64,000 bases of DNA from Lingula anatina. Lineage: Eukaryota; Animalia; Brachiopoda. Of this stretch, positions 61,895 to 64,000 are shown in pieces. The notes under the pieces were generated by a model. It saw nothing but the letters and a program-made list of their open reading frames with translations, searched no databases and was not told the DNA's origin. The stretch spans positions 21,700,001 through 21,764,000 of the forward strand of contig CM120646.1 in the NCBI GenBank assembly GCA_051362555.1, in the 5' to 3' direction. Numbering within the stretch: the stretch's first letter is position 1; the number at the start of each line of letters is the position of its first letter. Position numbers and translations under genes: made by a program.

Positions 61895-64000
61895 ATGGAA
61901 GGAGACACGGAAAAATCTGACATCTCTTCGCTGAAAACACGGTCAAGAGCGTCCACTTCATCCTATGCAAAAGCCAAGGCCAAGGCGAAAGCTTTAGAGG
62001 TAAATTTGGAATATGTGAAGAAACAAACTGAAATTAAACGCCAAAGAGCTTTGCTGGACGCTGAATTTGAATTAATTTCGGCTCAGAAGGATGCAGCAGC
62101 CGCTGCGGCAGAAGCCGCCGCCCTTGACACAGATTCAGATAGCTCAAACTCTGATCTAGAATCACTTTTTATACTGCCTATGGATAAAACAAAGACTGAA
62201 AAATACGTAGAAACTGTTCAAGGTCAAGTTAACACAGACACCCACGGCGTGACTGACGGAATGGACCCCCACGGTGTGACTGACGGAATGGACCCCCACA
62301 GTGTAACTGACGGCAAGGTTCCCCATGGTGCAGCTGACGGAATGGACCCCCACGGTGTGACTCACGGCAAGGATCCTCACGGTGTAGCTGTCACGGCGGA
62401 TTCCCACGGTGCGAAAGGTGAAATGCTCCATACGGATACCTATGGTGTGTCAGACTTTGTTCCTCGCCAGTCGCGACAAGACGTGACCAGTGACTTTCCA
62501 GCCTATCTTCGCGGTACACCCGGCTACTTTTCTCGCGGACCAGAGGTACCAAATGCATTCCTTCCAAATGATCCTCACGGAACGCCGGTCTTCTATCCTC
62601 GCCAACAAGATGTGCCCTATCTTGTGCAGTGCATCCCGCCTTTACCGCAGCCAGAGATTCCAGTGTTTAAGGGTGATGTATTGACTTATAGTGCATTCAT
62701 GATTTCTTTTGAAACTAGAATAGAATCTAGAGTTGCATCAAACACTGATAGATTGTACTACCTTTATCAATACACAGATGGTGAACCGAAAGAATTGATA
62801 AGTGGTTGTCTCTATATGCCAGATGGGTACAGAAGGGCACGTGAATTGTTGCATAAAGAGTATGGTAACGAATACAAAATTTCAATGGCATACTTGAATA
62901 AATTGTTAGCCTGGCCCGCTGTTAGAGCGGAAGATGGTGTTGGTCTCAAGGGGCTTTCAGTGTATTTAGTTAAGTGTCATTCAGCAATGCTTCATTTGCA
63001 TAATTTACAAGTTCTCAATCATGCCCCACACATGCAAGCTATTGTTAAAAAGCTCCCCATGTACTCCCAGAACCGTTGGAGGGGTATTGTTGCAAAGGTT
63101 GTCAGAGATGAAAAAAGGTCTGTAGTGTTTTCAGATTTGGTCACCTTTATTGAACATGAATCAGAGGCAGTCAACGACCCGGTATTCGGAAGGGAGGCAC
63201 TTAAATCCGAAGGTCCCAGTGTGCAGACTACTCGCTTTCCACAGACAGAGACAGCATGCACGTCACCTATGAGAACTCACACGTCACATCCCCCAACGCC
63301 AAGGACCAGTGCACATCCACCAGGTTCAAGTTTCGCTGTGATCACTGATCAGGTATGTCCCCATTGTCAACAAACCCACAAGCTGAATGAATGTAGTGCT
63401 TTCTTAGAAATGCCCTTATCCGAGAGAAAACAACTTTTATTCAGCAAACGTCTTTGCATGGCATGTTTGGAGCCTAATCACATTGCTAAAGGGTGCTTGA
63501 ATAAACTTACCTGTTCAAAATGTCACAAAAAACACCCTACATCGTTACATGACCCTGATTTTCAACGCCAGAATGCAGTTACTAAGGTCAATGTGGTCAA
63601 TACTGCTGTCAATACTTCAAACAGTACTTCTGTCAGTCAGTCAACCATGATAGTGCCAGTTTGGATGTCGCATGAAAGTAACCCAGAAAGAGAACAGCTC
63701 ATTTACGCCATGCTTGACACTCAGTCAGATATTTCTTTTGTTCTGAGGAACACTTCTGATTCCCTACAGTTACAAGGCACACCTGTTAAATTGTCATTGT
63801 CAACCATGTCTGCGTGTAATCAGATTTTGGACAGTAGCAAGATCTCCGGTTTATCCGTGCGTGCATATGACGGTTCCGAGAGAATTACCTTACCACCCTG
63901 TTACACGAGAGACGTGATACCAGCCAATCGCGATCATATTCCATCCACCGGCATCGCCCACCAATGGCCCCATCTGCAACCGATTGCTGATAAATTGATT
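61895..64000 (+). CDS. BEL/Pao retrotransposon gag-pol polyprotein (open to window end)
   Basis: ATG at 61895, no stop seen in the parts translated by hand; LPQPEIPVFKGD...RLYYLYQYTDG (BEL gag), triple Cys/His knuckles CPHC..H..EC / CMAC..H...C / CSKC..HPTSLH, protease AMLDTQSD. Confidence 0.9.
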   Translation, partial: MEGDTEKSDISSLKTRSRASTSSYAKAKAKAKALEVNLEYVKKQTEIKRQRALLDAEFELISAQKDAAAAAAEAAALDTDSDSSNSDLESLFILPMDKTKTEKYVETVQGQVNTDTHGVTDGMDPHGVTDGMDPHSVTDGKVPHGAADGMDPHGVTHGKDPHGVAVTADSHGAKGEMLHTDTYGVSDFVPRQSRQDVTSDFPAYLRGTPGYFSRGPEVPNAFLPNDPHGTPVFYPRQQDVPYLVQCIPPLPQPEIPVFKGDVLTYSAFMISFETRIESRVASNTDRLYYLYQYTDGEPKELISGCLYMPDGYRRARELLHKEYGNEYKISMAYLNKLLAWPAVRAEDGVGLKGLSVYLVKCHSAMLHLHNLQVLNHAPHMQAIVKKLPMYSQNRWRGIVAKVVRDEKRSVVFSDLVTFIEHESEAVNDPVFGREALKSEGPSVQTTRFPQTETACTSPMRTHTSHPPTPRTSAHPPGSSFAVITDQVCPHCQQTHKLNECSAFLEMPLSERKQLLFSKRLCMACLEPNHIAKGCLNKLTCSKCHKKHPTSLHDPDFQRQNAVTKVNVVNTAVNTSNSTSVSQSTMIVPVWMSHESNPEREQLIYAMLDTQSDISFVLRNTSDSLQLQGTPVKLSLSTMSACNQILDSSKISGLSVRAYDGSERITLPPCYTRDVIPANRDHIPSTGIAHQWPHLQPIADKLI

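Overview
This is an AT-rich eukaryotic window, probably an invertebrate; a mollusc or other lophotrochozoan is an inference from the repeat types. It holds one large minus-strand intron-containing gene, read by hand with GT-AG sites and frame continuity from 49358 down to about 891. The gene encodes a single-pass immunoglobulin-superfamily receptor: an N-terminal V-type Ig, 6 further Ig domains, 2 FN3 domains, a TM helix and a long cytoplasmic tail, about 1150 aa visible, with the signal-peptide exon not located. The tail is the most striking part. It is built from two apparently mutually exclusive PYA exons, then five frame-symmetric micro-exons (four carry L-Y-A-[QRK]-P-[DE]-K plus poly-Lys), then an exon with two ENPYxNV motifs. 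A decayed duplicate Ig exon lies at about 38.7 kb. Two introns (23.6 kb and 13 kb) are almost filled by nested copies of a non-autonomous Helentron/HINE-like element with ~160-bp internal repeats, which are themselves hit by several DNA transposons whose empty sites are visible in sister copies. Upstream of the gene are a Tc1 fossil split by an RTE-X-like LINE (itself hit by a HINE), a decayed Gypsy element (tRNA-Pro PBS, SCAN-like gag) carrying MITEs, and an apparently intact BEL/Pao element running off the window end.
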